DNA of 64,000 nucleotides, from positions 16,740 through 80,739 of the IMG/VR virus record IMGVR_UViG_3300010885_037407. The stretch is one strand, 5' to 3'. The notes below the pieces were generated by a model that searched no databases, was not told where the DNA came from, and worked only from the letters and a program-made list of their open reading frames with translations. The DNA comes from a virus. Within the stretch, counting starts at the first letter, position 1. The number at the start of each line of letters is the position of its first letter. This document shows positions 50,146-59,948 of this stretch, piece after piece. Both the position numbers and the translations under genes were made by a program.

Positions 50146-50222
50146 TGTAGAATACTTTGGTTTAATATAAATATCTAATTAATAACTAGTTGGTGCCATT
50201 ATTTTAAACATGAAAATAGCAC

Positions 50223-50465
50223 CTAAACAGGTGCTACTCCAGGTCTTTGTATTTTTGGTGGCTTAGGTGTATTTTTTGGATTTTCCTTTTCGTTCTTTTT
50301 TAAGATTGCTTCTTCAATCTTTTTATAATAAAAAGTTCTGAGCCATACTGGCATATTATATAATTCAGTCCAAGTAAATCCATGGCCATGATAAACCATG
50401 TCAAATAGTTGAGCGTGAATTAAAGGCTTATGTTTAGGACTTAGGCCAAAAAAAGTTTGTATCAA
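50223..50465 (-). CDS. Tail/baseplate assembly chaperone C-terminal ORF (gp51-like), probably reached by frameshift
   Basis: No ATG at the 5' end; overlaps the upstream ORF end at a T7 run; GFTWTELYNMPVWLRTFY. Confidence 0.6.
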   Translation of the reverse strand: MIQTFFGLSPKHKPLIHAQLFDMVYHGHGFTWTELYNMPVWLRTFYYKKIEEAILKKNEKENPKNTPKPPKIQRPGVAPV

Positions 50466-51300
50466 TAGAAAACCCTAACGCCTCCTCTTCGTGGTCGCAC
50501 TCTGTGCATGCAAAATTATCAATTTGAAATTTAACATCAGGAGATATTTCTCTCATGTATGTTCTTAATGCTCTTGAATCCATTGCAAATAATTCATTAT
50601 CTACAAAATTATTTATAGTTGCTTTGTCAGATTCTCCATCGACTGAAACTATGATATTTTTCAATCTAGTAGTCAATTCTCTATCTATTACTTGAGATGA
50701 TCTATTAATTTTTTTAACAGCCTCTAAATCTTTAGTTATTCTTTTATCTGCTCCAATTGTTAATAATTGAAAATGAATAACTCTTTTTGATTGTGGTAAT
50801 ACAAATTCAAATACTCCTGGTGAAGGCGATACTACATCATCTGGTATGTTGCTTTCTGGTAATTGAGTTAAATCAATATCAATTTTATTAGTAGCATTAC
50901 ATGATGGACAAGGTAAGTCTATTGGATAATCTTTACCATATCCTAAAATACGAGCAGCTACCATAATAGCATTTTTATCTCCAATAACTAAATCTTCATA
51001 TCTAATAGGAGATACAATCATAGACTGCATCAATTTATCTAAAACAATTCCTTGTTTAATTAAATTTTGAGAAGTAAGAATATCTTCTTCTCTAGCTGTC
51101 ATATATTTCATTTCAACGGTACCTTCACTTAATGAAGAACCTGCTTGATATACAAGACCTCTTGAAGGCAAAGTTATAACTTCTGTTGGAAAGCCACTTT
51201 GTTTAACTTCTTGTTGTTTGTGTTGTTGTAAAGCGAATTCTTTTAATTGAGAATCTGAAAGCTCCGCTCCTTTAGGGTGGTTGTCATTAACTTGTGCCAT
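50434..51300 (-). CDS. Baseplate hub / tail assembly chaperone (gp26-like)
   Basis: ITLPSRG, KYMTAREEDIL, GD...R...YG, CPSC and CTEC, C-terminal NFFWP. Confidence 0.75.
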   Translation of the reverse strand: MAQVNDNHPKGAELSDSQLKEFALQQHKQQEVKQSGFPTEVITLPSRGLVYQAGSSLSEGTVEMKYMTAREEDILTSQNLIKQGIVLDKLMQSMIVSPIRYEDLVIGDKNAIMVAARILGYGKDYPIDLPCPSCNATNKIDIDLTQLPESNIPDDVVSPSPGVFEFVLPQSKRVIHFQLLTIGADKRITKDLEAVKKINRSSQVIDRELTTRLKNIIVSVDGESDKATINNFVDNELFAMDSRALRTYMREISPDVKFQIDNFACTECDHEEEALGFSIDTNFFWPKS

Positions 51301-51361
51301 AAACTAATTTAAGTTTTATTATTTAATATAAATATGTAACTTTGAAAATTTTGTGGTTTTT

Positions 51362-51937
51362 TTAAAGTCCTCCTGAAGTTGCTTGAAAATGAATATCAGC
51401 GTCTTGTTTAAGTGCACCGTTATTATTTAACCACGCTCCTAACAATTCATCCATATTTGGTATAGTTTCTTTTTCTGAACCCGGCTGCTTTAATTTAGGT
51501 AATATTACTGTATCAATAAATTTCTTTTCTAATTGGTCATCTAGCAATTCTGATACTTTAGGAGATAATTTTATTGCTTCCCAAAATGGGCCTATCATCT
51601 TTTTAAATTCAGATGCCTCTGGGTTTTTAAGTTCTTTTTCTGTAACTGTTTTTCCTATATTCAATAAGAATTTTCCAACATCTTCACCATGGTCAGCAGC
51701 AATGTCTAATATAAATCCTGCAGTACCTCCCGTAACTAAATTCAATGCCCATTTAGCTCCTGCCTTTGCAAATGTCTTTCCTACATTTGTTGCGACTTGA
51801 GTTGAGGCTCCTTTGATATTTAATCTATTTTGTTCTGCTTTAATAGTATCCAATACTATTTTTACATCACCCCATGTTATTTTATCATCAGATTTAGAAA
51901 GAACGATTGCTTCTGCTATAGGTTTAAGCTTGATCAT
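51362..51937 (-). CDS. Hypothetical protein, possibly virion-internal
   Basis: MIKLKPIAE start; lies in the tail region. Confidence 0.55.
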   Translation of the reverse strand: MIKLKPIAEAIVLSKSDDKITWGDVKIVLDTIKAEQNRLNIKGASTQVATNVGKTFAKAGAKWALNLVTGGTAGFILDIAADHGEDVGKFLLNIGKTVTEKELKNPEASEFKKMIGPFWEAIKLSPKVSELLDDQLEKKFIDTVILPKLKQPGSEKETIPNMDELLGAWLNNNGALKQDADIHFQATSGGL

Positions 51938-52283
51938 TTGTTTCTGGAGCTTCTGAAGATTTTAACATTCCTTTTATTTTTGATATTATCTGTCCGAATT
52001 CTTTTTCAGATACTCCAAACGCAATTGCAATTGCTCCAATTAACGCAGCTCTTTGTGCTGGAGATTTTAAAGCTTTTGCTGCTTCTGGATCTTCTAAAAT
52101 TTGAATTAATTTAGGACGTAATCCAGAACTCACAGCTTTGACAGCCATGTTTAAATTTCGAATTACTGTCTCATCAGAAATTTTATTTCCGTCAGGGCCG
52201 ACTGGTATTATATCTACTTCTTTTAATACCATAACACCCGGTGCGAACTCCTTTAACAGTCTTTTAAATTCTACGTGATCCAT
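51924..52283 (-). CDS. Hypothetical protein, possibly virion-internal
   Basis: MDHVEFKRLLKE...VLKE is a variant of the shared N-terminal peptide; late motif at 52342-52354. Confidence 0.55.
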   Translation of the reverse strand: MDHVEFKRLLKEFAPGVMVLKEVDIIPVGPDGNKISDETVIRNLNMAVKAVSSGLRPKLIQILEDPEAAKALKSPAQRAALIGAIAIAFGVSEKEFGQIISKIKGMLKSSEAPETNDQA

Positions 52284-52362
52284 TTATTTAAAGTATTTAC
52301 CTTCAAAGTAGAAGTTTCTATATTGAATGATATTATTAATTTATAATAAATATCTAATCAGT

Positions 52363-52389
52363 AAAAAAGCCCCTAATTAAAGGAGCTTT
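52363..52389 (-). terminator. Rho-independent terminator
   Basis: mRNA AAAGCUCCU-UUAAUU-AGGGGCUUU-UUU. Confidence 0.7.
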
Positions 52390-52405
52390 AGTTTGTTTCT
52401 ATATA

Positions 52406-52437
52406 TAAAGATAAGTATAATTTTTCAATCTACCAAA
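52406..52437 (-). promoter_or_regulatory. Bacteroidota-type promoter TTTG-N20-TATCTTTA pointing into a terminator
   Basis: Consensus with 20-nt spacer; no ORF before the 52363-52389 hairpin. Confidence 0.5.
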
Positions 52438-52448
52438 TCTTTTTTTAT

Positions 52449-52697
52449 TTAAAAGCCGCGGCTTCCTTCTGAGTGTTCATCAAACCACATTTCAACTGCT
52501 TCGTCAAATGCAGATTCTAAATTATTTCCATCTAGACCATCTCTCACTGCTTGAACTAATTCTAACGCATCTTTAGTTTTGTTCTTTTTTAGCAATTTAA
52601 TTAATACATCTAAATTTTCATCAGGATCACGATAATTTTCATTTAACGCTTTTTTTACTTCCTCACGAATTAATTTTCTAAATTCTGATACTTTCAT
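52449..52697 (-). CDS. Putative capsid-internal protein (shared N-terminal peptide)
   Basis: MKVSEFRKLIREEVKKALNE. Confidence 0.6.
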   Translation of the reverse strand: MKVSEFRKLIREEVKKALNENYRDPDENLDVLIKLLKKNKTKDALELVQAVRDGLDGNNLESAFDEAVEMWFDEHSEGSRGF

Positions 52698-52731
52698 TGT
52701 TTATTTTTTATTATAAATAGTCGGTGTTTTA

Positions 52732-53100
52732 TTATGCTCCGACGATATATACATCATATCCGGTAAATGCTTTTGATAAAGGCTTAAGTGCATCTATAAC
52801 ACGATATCTAGCATCGTCTAATTGATCTTGAGCTTGTACTCCTATAGAAGGTTGAAATTCAAATTCACAAACGCTATCAGTTACTACATAGTTAATTAAT
52901 CTACAATCTTCTTGTTCTAAAATTTCAATTACCTTGTCCCATAAAGATTGATTGTTGCTTTCGGCTTTATTCCATGAAAAGTAAATAGCCGCTACAAGAT
53001 TGTTGTTTGTATGCTTTGCTTTGAATTTAGGCGCTTGAGCTTCTGTTAGTACTTTTTTAACCTCTTCTCTGATTAGTTTTTTGAATTCTTGAATTTTCAT
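52732..53100 (-). CDS. Putative capsid-internal protein (shared N-terminal peptide)
   Basis: MKIQEFKKLIREEVKKVLTE. Confidence 0.6.
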   Translation of the reverse strand: MKIQEFKKLIREEVKKVLTEAQAPKFKAKHTNNNLVAAIYFSWNKAESNNQSLWDKVIEILEQEDCRLINYVVTDSVCEFEFQPSIGVQAQDQLDDARYRVIDALKPLSKAFTGYDVYIVGA

Positions 53101-53124
53101 TTTTGTTTTTTTTACTACAATTTC

Positions 53125-53613
53125 CTAGAATTGTAATATTGCATAATCGTATTTCAAAGTTAATGCAATGTTAATAGCATCTTCAGTTCCCCAATCAAAG
53201 TCACCGAAGTTAGCATCTCCAATATAAGCACCCTTTAATGTCCATTCTTCTACTTTGTCACCTACTGGCCCTAAAGCATTAAATGTAATATCTTTTTTGT
53301 ACATATCAGAATAACCATCTCTACCAGTTACAGATTCATGAGATAAACGAACCCATTCCATTACTGCTTGAGCAGCAGAAGGAACTACAGGATCATAAAG
53401 AGTAATAGAAACATCATTCCATCTTCCTTTTCCTTTAAGTTTTCTCTCAACGTTGATATGATCTAATACCACATCACCGAAAGTGATTCCTGGTCTGTTT
53501 GCTGCTTTTATTAGGTAAGCAGGAATACCTTCAATGTACATGATGAAACGGTTTGCTACTTTCGGTTCAAAAGCGGTAAACATGATTTCTGTTGGGTCTA
53601 ATAATTCAGCCAT
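53125..53613 (-). CDS. Tail tube protein (gp19-like)
   Basis: FEPK..NRF, WNDVSITLYDP, VMEW, YKKDI, EEWTLKGA, LKYDYA; downstream of the sheath. Confidence 0.88.
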   Translation of the reverse strand: MAELLDPTEIMFTAFEPKVANRFIMYIEGIPAYLIKAANRPGITFGDVVLDHINVERKLKGKGRWNDVSITLYDPVVPSAAQAVMEWVRLSHESVTGRDGYSDMYKKDITFNALGPVGDKVEEWTLKGAYIGDANFGDFDWGTEDAINIALTLKYDYAILQF

Positions 53614-53680
53614 TTTGTTATAAGTTGTTTAAGTTCTTTTTTAATATAAATATCATCCTTTCGGAAAAAACATAACTTTA

Positions 53681-53742
53681 TCTTTTATTTAATATAAATA
53701 TGTAAGTGTCTAAAAAACAAAAGAAAAGGGACTATAGTCCCT
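53681..53742. repeat. Direct repeat copy 1: terminator plus late-promoter cassette
   Basis: TCTTTTATTTAATATAAATATGTAAGT..AAAAAACAAAAGAAAAGGGACTA..TAGTCCCT, near-identical to 54144-54210. Confidence 0.85.
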
Positions 53743-53773
53743 TGATTCTTTATTAATTATTATACACTCAACT

Positions 53774-54136
53774 TTATTTTAAAAATAAATTTGCTTCCGG
53801 TTCAATATTAGGAAAATATTCATTAGTCTCATACACTTCGTCATCATCTTTTGCTTTTAGTAGATACCAAGGCTTATTATCGTCTTCTTTACGGATTGCT
53901 CTTTTGCCTTTATAAAGTGTTGCTGTATAACCCAATAATTGTTTAAATTCGTCCGGAGTTGTTGTCTTTTTTGCATCTACTAGAGCTGCTTTCAAGTTTG
54001 GGTAAATTTTAATTATTCTGAAACGATCTCTGTCATGATCTTTTACTATTTGACTAACGCCAAACCTAGGAGTTGATTCATTTAGAACACGGCGAATTTC
54101 TTCGCGAATTAGTTTTTTAAATTCTATTACTTTCAT
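53774..54136 (-). CDS. Putative capsid-internal protein inserted between sheath and tube genes
   Basis: MKVIEFKKLIREEIRRVLNE; flanked by the direct repeats. Confidence 0.6.
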   Translation of the reverse strand: MKVIEFKKLIREEIRRVLNESTPRFGVSQIVKDHDRDRFRIIKIYPNLKAALVDAKKTTTPDEFKQLLGYTATLYKGKRAIRKEDDNKPWYLLKAKDDDEVYETNEYFPNIEPEANLFLK

Positions 54137-54143
54137 TTTTAGT

Positions 54144-54210
54144 TCTTTTATTTAATATAAATATGTAAGTATTGAAAAAACAAAAGAAAAGGGACTAATA
54201 AATAGTCCCT
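54144..54210. repeat. Direct repeat copy 2: terminator plus late-promoter cassette
   Basis: AGGGACTA/TAGTCCCT hairpin with U-tract in mRNA sense, followed by CATATTTATATTA. Confidence 0.85.
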
Positions 54211-54233
54211 CTTACTTTGCAATTTACATTTTA

Positions 54234-56666
54234 TTATGCTCCTGGAAATGCAGCACCTGTAGGTAAAATATTAAAGTCAATTATAATAAATTCTGCGGTT
54301 TTCGCAGGTTGTAAATAAATTTGACCATACATAATATTTCTATCAATGATGTCTGCAGTATTATTTGTTTCATCCATTACAACTTTGAATCCATAAAGAC
54401 CTTGACGTTGTTGAACTGATTCTAAATAAGGATTACAAATATTTAAGAATCTGTTACGAGTTGCTGCTGTATTGTTTTCGAATACCAAATACTTTGTTGC
54501 AGATGCAATAAATTTCTTAACTGCAATTAACATTCTTCTTACATTGATTCTATCTAATGCTGATGGTTTAGCTTGAAGAGTCTTTTGACCCCAAACACAA
54601 ACACCTTGAGCAGGGAAAGTTGCAATTGGATTGATTCTTCCTTCATAAAGATCATCTCTTTCTGCATGAGTTAATCTAGAATAAGCGTCTAGCACTGAAG
54701 TTAAACCTCCTCTATTCAATCCTGCAGGAGCATACCATTCAGCAGCTACTTTATCATTGAAAGAAAGTACACCTGGAATAACTACGGAAGGCGGAACCCA
54801 AACTGGTTTGTTAATTCCTGCATCCATAATTTTTACCCATGGGTAATAAGTTGCTGCATAATTGTTATCAATAGCTTGAATTGTTGATACTGCCGTTGCA
54901 ATATTTGAAGTCAATCCAACACAATCAAATACAAAGAAAGTATCTGCTCTATCCAAACACATATTAGCTGCATAATCAATAATAGCAGAGTGAGATTCTT
55001 GAGTCACACCTGGAAGAACTAACATATTAATATCTAATTCATCTGGATTAGATACTGAATCAATTGCATTGGTATATACTGAATAATCTTTAGCAGTGTT
55101 ACTTCTTAAATCATATCCTTGAGTATTAGCAGCTACAATATCAGCCCCTACTAAAATTCTACGGTTTGGTTGAACTCCGTCTGCTCCGCCTTGAAAAGGT
55201 ACAACAAACTTACGAGTTTCTATATTTGAATTAGTTAAATCAATTGAGCTTGAATATGAATAGCTTGAATCTTGATTGAAATTGGACAATAAGAATTTAG
55301 CATTGTTACCTACAGTTGCAGATGTTTTTGGAGTTGGCTTCAAATAATTTGCGTTGTCTGTAAGAGCAAAATCATAATCAAATCCAAAATGTTTACGTTT
55401 ATTGAAAATTCCATTTATTTGTTGAACAGATACAAATGAAGCTGATGTAGGTTGCGTAAATATACTTGGTAATGGAGAATACAATGCCGCAAAACCAAAT
55501 GGTACTAATTGAGGAGATACAGATGCATTTTCAACAGCAGTGTCAACTTCAACATATACATATTTAGATTTATTTGAATAATCTCCATTGATAATTACTT
55601 TACCGCTTACAAATGTTTTATATCTATCTCCAATTATTCTAGCTATAAATCTAGGAGAATTTGGGTCTAAATTAATATTATCAAAAGATTCTAAAATATT
55701 GGGTCTAACATCAGAATCTTGAGTAGAAAATGGTGAGCCTAATATATTTAATTTAGTTTGATCAACTGCTCTAATTGTAACACTAAAAGATCCATATTCA
55801 GATCCTGCAACTGTTCCAGCTGCTTTGATATTTGAAATAGCAGCTTTAATTTCATAGTTAGCATTTATACCTGAACTAATAGTATGAAGTTTAAATAAAT
55901 TTTGATTGGTGCCAGCTACAGTTTGTGAAATGATATAAGGAGTAGTTGCTTCTTTTGCAGTTTCAGAAAAATCTAATGCTGCTGATCCTGTCGATAAAAA
56001 TACTGAAACTGCCGCGTCAGCAGCTAATGATGCAGATGCTGCTTGAGGGAAGAATGTATATAAATACCCTGGATTAGAAGTTACTTGAGGCGTTAAACTA
56101 AATACTTTTGATAAATAATTTGCATTTGTAAGACTTAACGAAGCGCTATACAATGCTGCTCCAGCAGCTAATGCATTAGGGAATGCTGTTGTGCTTGTGT
56201 CAACAGTAAATGAACCTGAAATATTTACTACAAATGATCCTGAAGTATTCGAAGTTAATGTAGATTTATTAAATAAAGTTGTTGTACCATTATAAAATGC
56301 ATCTGTTTCAGATACTACTTGAGAAGGATGAATCAATCCAATATGTTTTGTTCCAAATGAACCTGTTGCTATAATAGCAACTGGGTTTAATATTGAATAC
56401 CCATCATCATGAAGAGTACGAACAACTGTTAATTGTCCTGAATTTGCTAAATACTCCTTAGCTGCGTAAGGTAAGTATAAATTAGGGTTAGTGTCACCGA
56501 AAATTTGTACAAACTCTCCAAATGAAGATACTGATGTTGGTATCATTGCAGGCCCTTTTACTGTAGGTCCTATAAATGCTGCTCCAATCTCAGAAATTCC
56601 TTGAGGTAAGTATGACAAATCCTTTTCATTGGTAAACACACCAGCACTAACGATTTTTTCTGCCAT
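54234..56666 (-). CDS. Tail sheath protein (gp18-like)
   Basis: SAGVFTNEKDLS, GPTVKGP, YYPW, PPS, WYAPAGLNRG, WGQKT, SALDRINVRR, FENN, PAKTAEFI. Confidence 0.95.
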   Translation of the reverse strand: MAEKIVSAGVFTNEKDLSYLPQGISEIGAAFIGPTVKGPAMIPTSVSSFGEFVQIFGDTNPNLYLPYAAKEYLANSGQLTVVRTLHDDGYSILNPVAIIATGSFGTKHIGLIHPSQVVSETDAFYNGTTTLFNKSTLTSNTSGSFVVNISGSFTVDTSTTAFPNALAAGAALYSASLSLTNANYLSKVFSLTPQVTSNPGYLYTFFPQAASASLAADAAVSVFLSTGSAALDFSETAKEATTPYIISQTVAGTNQNLFKLHTISSGINANYEIKAAISNIKAAGTVAGSEYGSFSVTIRAVDQTKLNILGSPFSTQDSDVRPNILESFDNINLDPNSPRFIARIIGDRYKTFVSGKVIINGDYSNKSKYVYVEVDTAVENASVSPQLVPFGFAALYSPLPSIFTQPTSASFVSVQQINGIFNKRKHFGFDYDFALTDNANYLKPTPKTSATVGNNAKFLLSNFNQDSSYSYSSSIDLTNSNIETRKFVVPFQGGADGVQPNRRILVGADIVAANTQGYDLRSNTAKDYSVYTNAIDSVSNPDELDINMLVLPGVTQESHSAIIDYAANMCLDRADTFFVFDCVGLTSNIATAVSTIQAIDNNYAATYYPWVKIMDAGINKPVWVPPSVVIPGVLSFNDKVAAEWYAPAGLNRGGLTSVLDAYSRLTHAERDDLYEGRINPIATFPAQGVCVWGQKTLQAKPSALDRINVRRMLIAVKKFIASATKYLVFENNTAATRNRFLNICNPYLESVQQRQGLYGFKVVMDETNNTADIIDRNIMYGQIYLQPAKTAEFIIIDFNILPTGAAFPGA

Positions 56667-56706
56667 TGTATTAAATGTTTAAAGGGTTAAGATTATGTTT
56701 ATATTT

Positions 56707-56719
56707 AATAATAAATATG
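56707..56719 (-). promoter_or_regulatory. Putative late promoter motif upstream of the sheath gene
   Basis: CATATTTATTATT in coding sense. Confidence 0.55.
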
Positions 56720-56740
56720 TAATTTTAAATTGAAACAAGG

Positions 56741-57019
56741 TTATACAGGTATAAAAAATCCAGTATCTACATTAATATTACCTTCGCCGTATTTGCTTGT
56801 AATTTCATTTCCAAAAACTTCTTCTTTAGCTTGAGTTGCTAAATATTCAGACGTATAAGTATTTTCTAATTCGTCTAATCTTTTTAACTGTTCTTGAGTT
56901 AATATTTGTTCAATTTTAAGTTGCCCAAATTTAGCAGTTAACGTTGCATATTGTTAACGCAAGTTATTTATCTCTTGAAGTTCTGCTTCAGTTAATTGTA
57001 TTTGTTCTTTTTCTGTCAT
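56741..57019 (-). pseudogene. 92-codon coiled-coil gene interrupted by one in-frame TAA at codon 22
   Basis: MTEKEQIQLTEAELQEINNLR*QYATLTAKFGQLKIEQ...KYGEGNINVDTGFFIPV; stop at 56954-56956; own late motif at ~57039-57051. Confidence 0.7.
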
Positions 57020-57068
57020 AACTAATTATTTAAGTTCTATATATAAATATGTAATAACCTTTCGAAAC

Positions 57069-58259
57069 CTATGCTAAGGCGTCTTGATTAATGAATTTTC
57101 CAATTCCTATTACTTTATCTCCTGGTACTAAATTATAATCTAAATTAGTAAGGTTTAATACTAATGTGCTTATATCAGATAGTTCACTGAAAGATATAAT
57201 TGCCGATCTTGGAATTACTGTACTAGCAGCGTCCCAATTCAAGCTTTTATGAAAAAATACAAAATTATCTATACTAGTTAGTGACATTCCTGTTGGTGCA
57301 GTAAGCCATCCAGATGGGAATGAAACAGTATTAGTATTTGTAACTGTTCCTGTTAATTGATTGTTTGTATTAAGATATGTAGCAACAAGTACTGTAGTGT
57401 TTGATGATAGTTGTGCATTTCTATTTACGGTTCCGGCAATTGTCATTGGCCTTGCAGATGTAGAAGCTGCTACGTCAGTAATGCCGTCAACTTCAATTCC
57501 CATAACAAATCTATTAATAGGATTAAGTTTATACATTATTGGAGCATTAGGACCAGTTGCATTTAATATATGTGCTTTAGTTCTCATTGACAATGTAGCT
57601 TTTACTACGCGATCTTCCCCTACATTGTTCATATTCTCAAAAGAAGGAGGATCTATACTAGTAATAAATTTATATGAATCGCCAAAGGCTTTTCCGTCAA
57701 ACCATAATAAATGCTCTACAATTTCATTTAATTGAACTGTATTATTTGTCCAGCATATCAATTCATATTCTACTTGAACAAATTTAGGAACATCTACTGA
57801 ATAATATTCTTTCTCTATAGGAGCTCCTGTTAATGCGAATCTAGAGTATCTATTATTTTTAGTATATTTTCTTTCTACTGTAATTCTAGCATCGGCAGAT
57901 TCTAAAACTTTTAAATCTTGAATATCTTCTCTTTTAGATACAGAATTTCTTCTTATCATTATTATAGGAGTAAGAGTTTTTCCTTGAGAATCACGAAGAC
58001 ATCCATGTTTTTGTACTGATGCCCATTTCTCTCCATTTGCAAATATAATTGGTACAGTAATAATAGAATTTTCTTCCATTACTGTAGGCTGTATAATAGT
58101 TTCTAAATGCCATTTAATAGCATAATCTATATCGTATAATGAAGTAGATATATCTTTAACAGTCCCATCTCTTTTAAAATCAGACTGCCCTGCAGCTTCT
58201 CGAACTTGTTTGTTAGTGCTAAATGTAGATTCTGTTTTATTTGGTTTATCTTGTCTCAT
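57069..58259 (-). CDS. Tail terminator / sheath stabiliser (gp15-like) with C-terminal extension
   Basis: VPIIFANGEKW, P.IMIRR, VP.FV.VEYELICWT; between neck and sheath genes. Confidence 0.65.
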   Translation of the reverse strand: MRQDKPNKTESTFSTNKQVREAAGQSDFKRDGTVKDISTSLYDIDYAIKWHLETIIQPTVMEENSIITVPIIFANGEKWASVQKHGCLRDSQGKTLTPIIMIRRNSVSKREDIQDLKVLESADARITVERKYTKNNRYSRFALTGAPIEKEYYSVDVPKFVQVEYELICWTNNTVQLNEIVEHLLWFDGKAFGDSYKFITSIDPPSFENMNNVGEDRVVKATLSMRTKAHILNATGPNAPIMYKLNPINRFVMGIEVDGITDVAASTSARPMTIAGTVNRNAQLSSNTTVLVATYLNTNNQLTGTVTNTNTVSFPSGWLTAPTGMSLTSIDNFVFFHKSLNWDAASTVIPRSAIISFSELSDISTLVLNLTNLDYNLVPGDKVIGIGKFINQDALA

Positions 58260-58789
58260 TATAAATTATTTGGCAATGTTGAATTTTTAATTGAAGTAGA
58301 ATTTCCAAATCTTGTTTTAACAATATTAACTTTAGATTGACGAGTTTGATGTGCTACACAAATTACAGATAAACTATAACCATGTTCCGAACCTCCAAAC
58401 CAGTTGTCTGGATCTTTTCCTACAAAATTTTGGTTATCTACTACAGAATCAAGTTCAAAAAATCTACTACGATATTCTATAATATCTCCAATTTCAGGAT
58501 GATTGTCGCCTTCAATTAAATCATCTTTTAAAAATGCAAAAGTACCAGTTTGGTTCACTTCCATTCCAAAATCTTCGGCTGTCCAAACTTCATCATCAAA
58601 TGTAACTATTGAAGGAATTAATACTGCAGATTGATATGTCTTACTTGTAGTTTCATCATATATATTTGTACTAGTTGCTAATAAATTCAATTTATAGAAT
58701 AAGACTTCAGTATCAATCCATCTATGAATCAATTCTTTATTTAAACTTCTAATTAAAGAAACGTCTCTTTGTCCTCCAAATAATGCCAT
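58259..58789 (-). CDS. Neck / head-closure protein (gp14-like)
   Basis: NIYDE, PEIGDIIEY...FFEL..V; follows the gp13-like gene. Confidence 0.65.
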   Translation of the reverse strand: MALFGGQRDVSLIRSLNKELIHRWIDTEVLFYKLNLLATSTNIYDETTSKTYQSAVLIPSIVTFDDEVWTAEDFGMEVNQTGTFAFLKDDLIEGDNHPEIGDIIEYRSRFFELDSVVDNQNFVGKDPDNWFGGSEHGYSLSVICVAHQTRQSKVNIVKTRFGNSTSIKNSTLPNNL

Positions 58790-58793
58790 AATA

Positions 58794-59948
58794 TTATCCT
58801 ATATAAATAGGCATAGGTACCTTATTTAATTGTGATTGAATATTATCTGATTCTTCAGTCATTTTCGCTAATTGTGATTGACGAGATACAGCTTCAAGGT
58901 TTTCTCTCAACTGTGTAATCAAGGCTTCTCTTTCTGTTTGGCTCTGTGAAATTAAATCAGCTCCATTTAATGTAATTTCAGAACCAGGAATTGGTACTGA
59001 GCTATATTTGTTTCTAATATTACCTAATACTTCTTTGGCTAGCGCCAATGTATACTTAAATATCCATTGTTTACCTGCAGGGTTAATTTCAGAATACTTA
59101 TGTAATTCATAAGGAGCATTTGAAAAGTCTCCAATTACATTAGACCCTGTTTGGACTGTCAAAGCACCTCGATCTTCAGTGGTAATATAATGTATATATA
59201 CTTTATAATCGTATGTAGGAACTGGAAATATTCTTAATCTATCTCCTTGTACTTCGAAACTATATGCTGATTTACGAATCATGTCATTGAATTCGATAGA
59301 TTGTAATCTTAATATATCAGCATACATTGGCTGCATCATAAATGATACGCCGGGAGACATTGCTCCAAATCCAAATTGATCAAGCATACCTTGAGAACCT
59401 AAACCTGTTCCAACAAAAGGATCAAAGTATCTAACAATAGCTGGAGGATTATCATGTAATATCTTTTTAATTTCAATATGTTTTGTTGAATCACTAGCTA
59501 CTTCGAAATTTGCTTTTGTTATATCATATATTTGTTCACCAGTTACTAAATTAATTGAAGCTGTTTTATAAGTTAAATAACCGCCTGAACCTGCTTCAGT
59601 TCCGTAATTTTTTGCTATGGATATTAATCTATTTAAAGTAGTATTAACTGGCTTAGCAGTAAGGTTTGTTCCTGTTGGAGACCCTTGCAGTTGAAACATA
59701 TTATCTCTAATAGCAAATTGATTTACTTGATTGGAATATTCCAATGTAGCTTCCTCAAAGCAATTATATAAATGAGTTGCTTGAAGCTCTACATCATTTA
59801 ATGGGTATCCTAATCGTATAGCACAGAAGTTAGCTACTTTATCAGAATGTGATACATACAGATTATCTGTATCAAAAAATCCAAATGTACCTGACGAACC
59901 AGTTACATATGTGCTTGAGCCTGTCCAAATTGGAATTGTTACCGCCAT
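58794..59948 (-). CDS. Neck protein (gp13-like)
   Basis: RLGYPLNDVEL, WIFKYTLALAKEVLG.IR.KY...PG..ITLNG. Confidence 0.82.
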   Translation of the reverse strand: MAVTIPIWTGSSTYVTGSSGTFGFFDTDNLYVSHSDKVANFCAIRLGYPLNDVELQATHLYNCFEEATLEYSNQVNQFAIRDNMFQLQGSPTGTNLTAKPVNTTLNRLISIAKNYGTEAGSGGYLTYKTASINLVTGEQIYDITKANFEVASDSTKHIEIKKILHDNPPAIVRYFDPFVGTGLGSQGMLDQFGFGAMSPGVSFMMQPMYADILRLQSIEFNDMIRKSAYSFEVQGDRLRIFPVPTYDYKVYIHYITTEDRGALTVQTGSNVIGDFSNAPYELHKYSEINPAGKQWIFKYTLALAKEVLGNIRNKYSSVPIPGSEITLNGADLISQSQTEREALITQLRENLEAVSRQSQLAKMTEESDNIQSQLNKVPMPIYIG

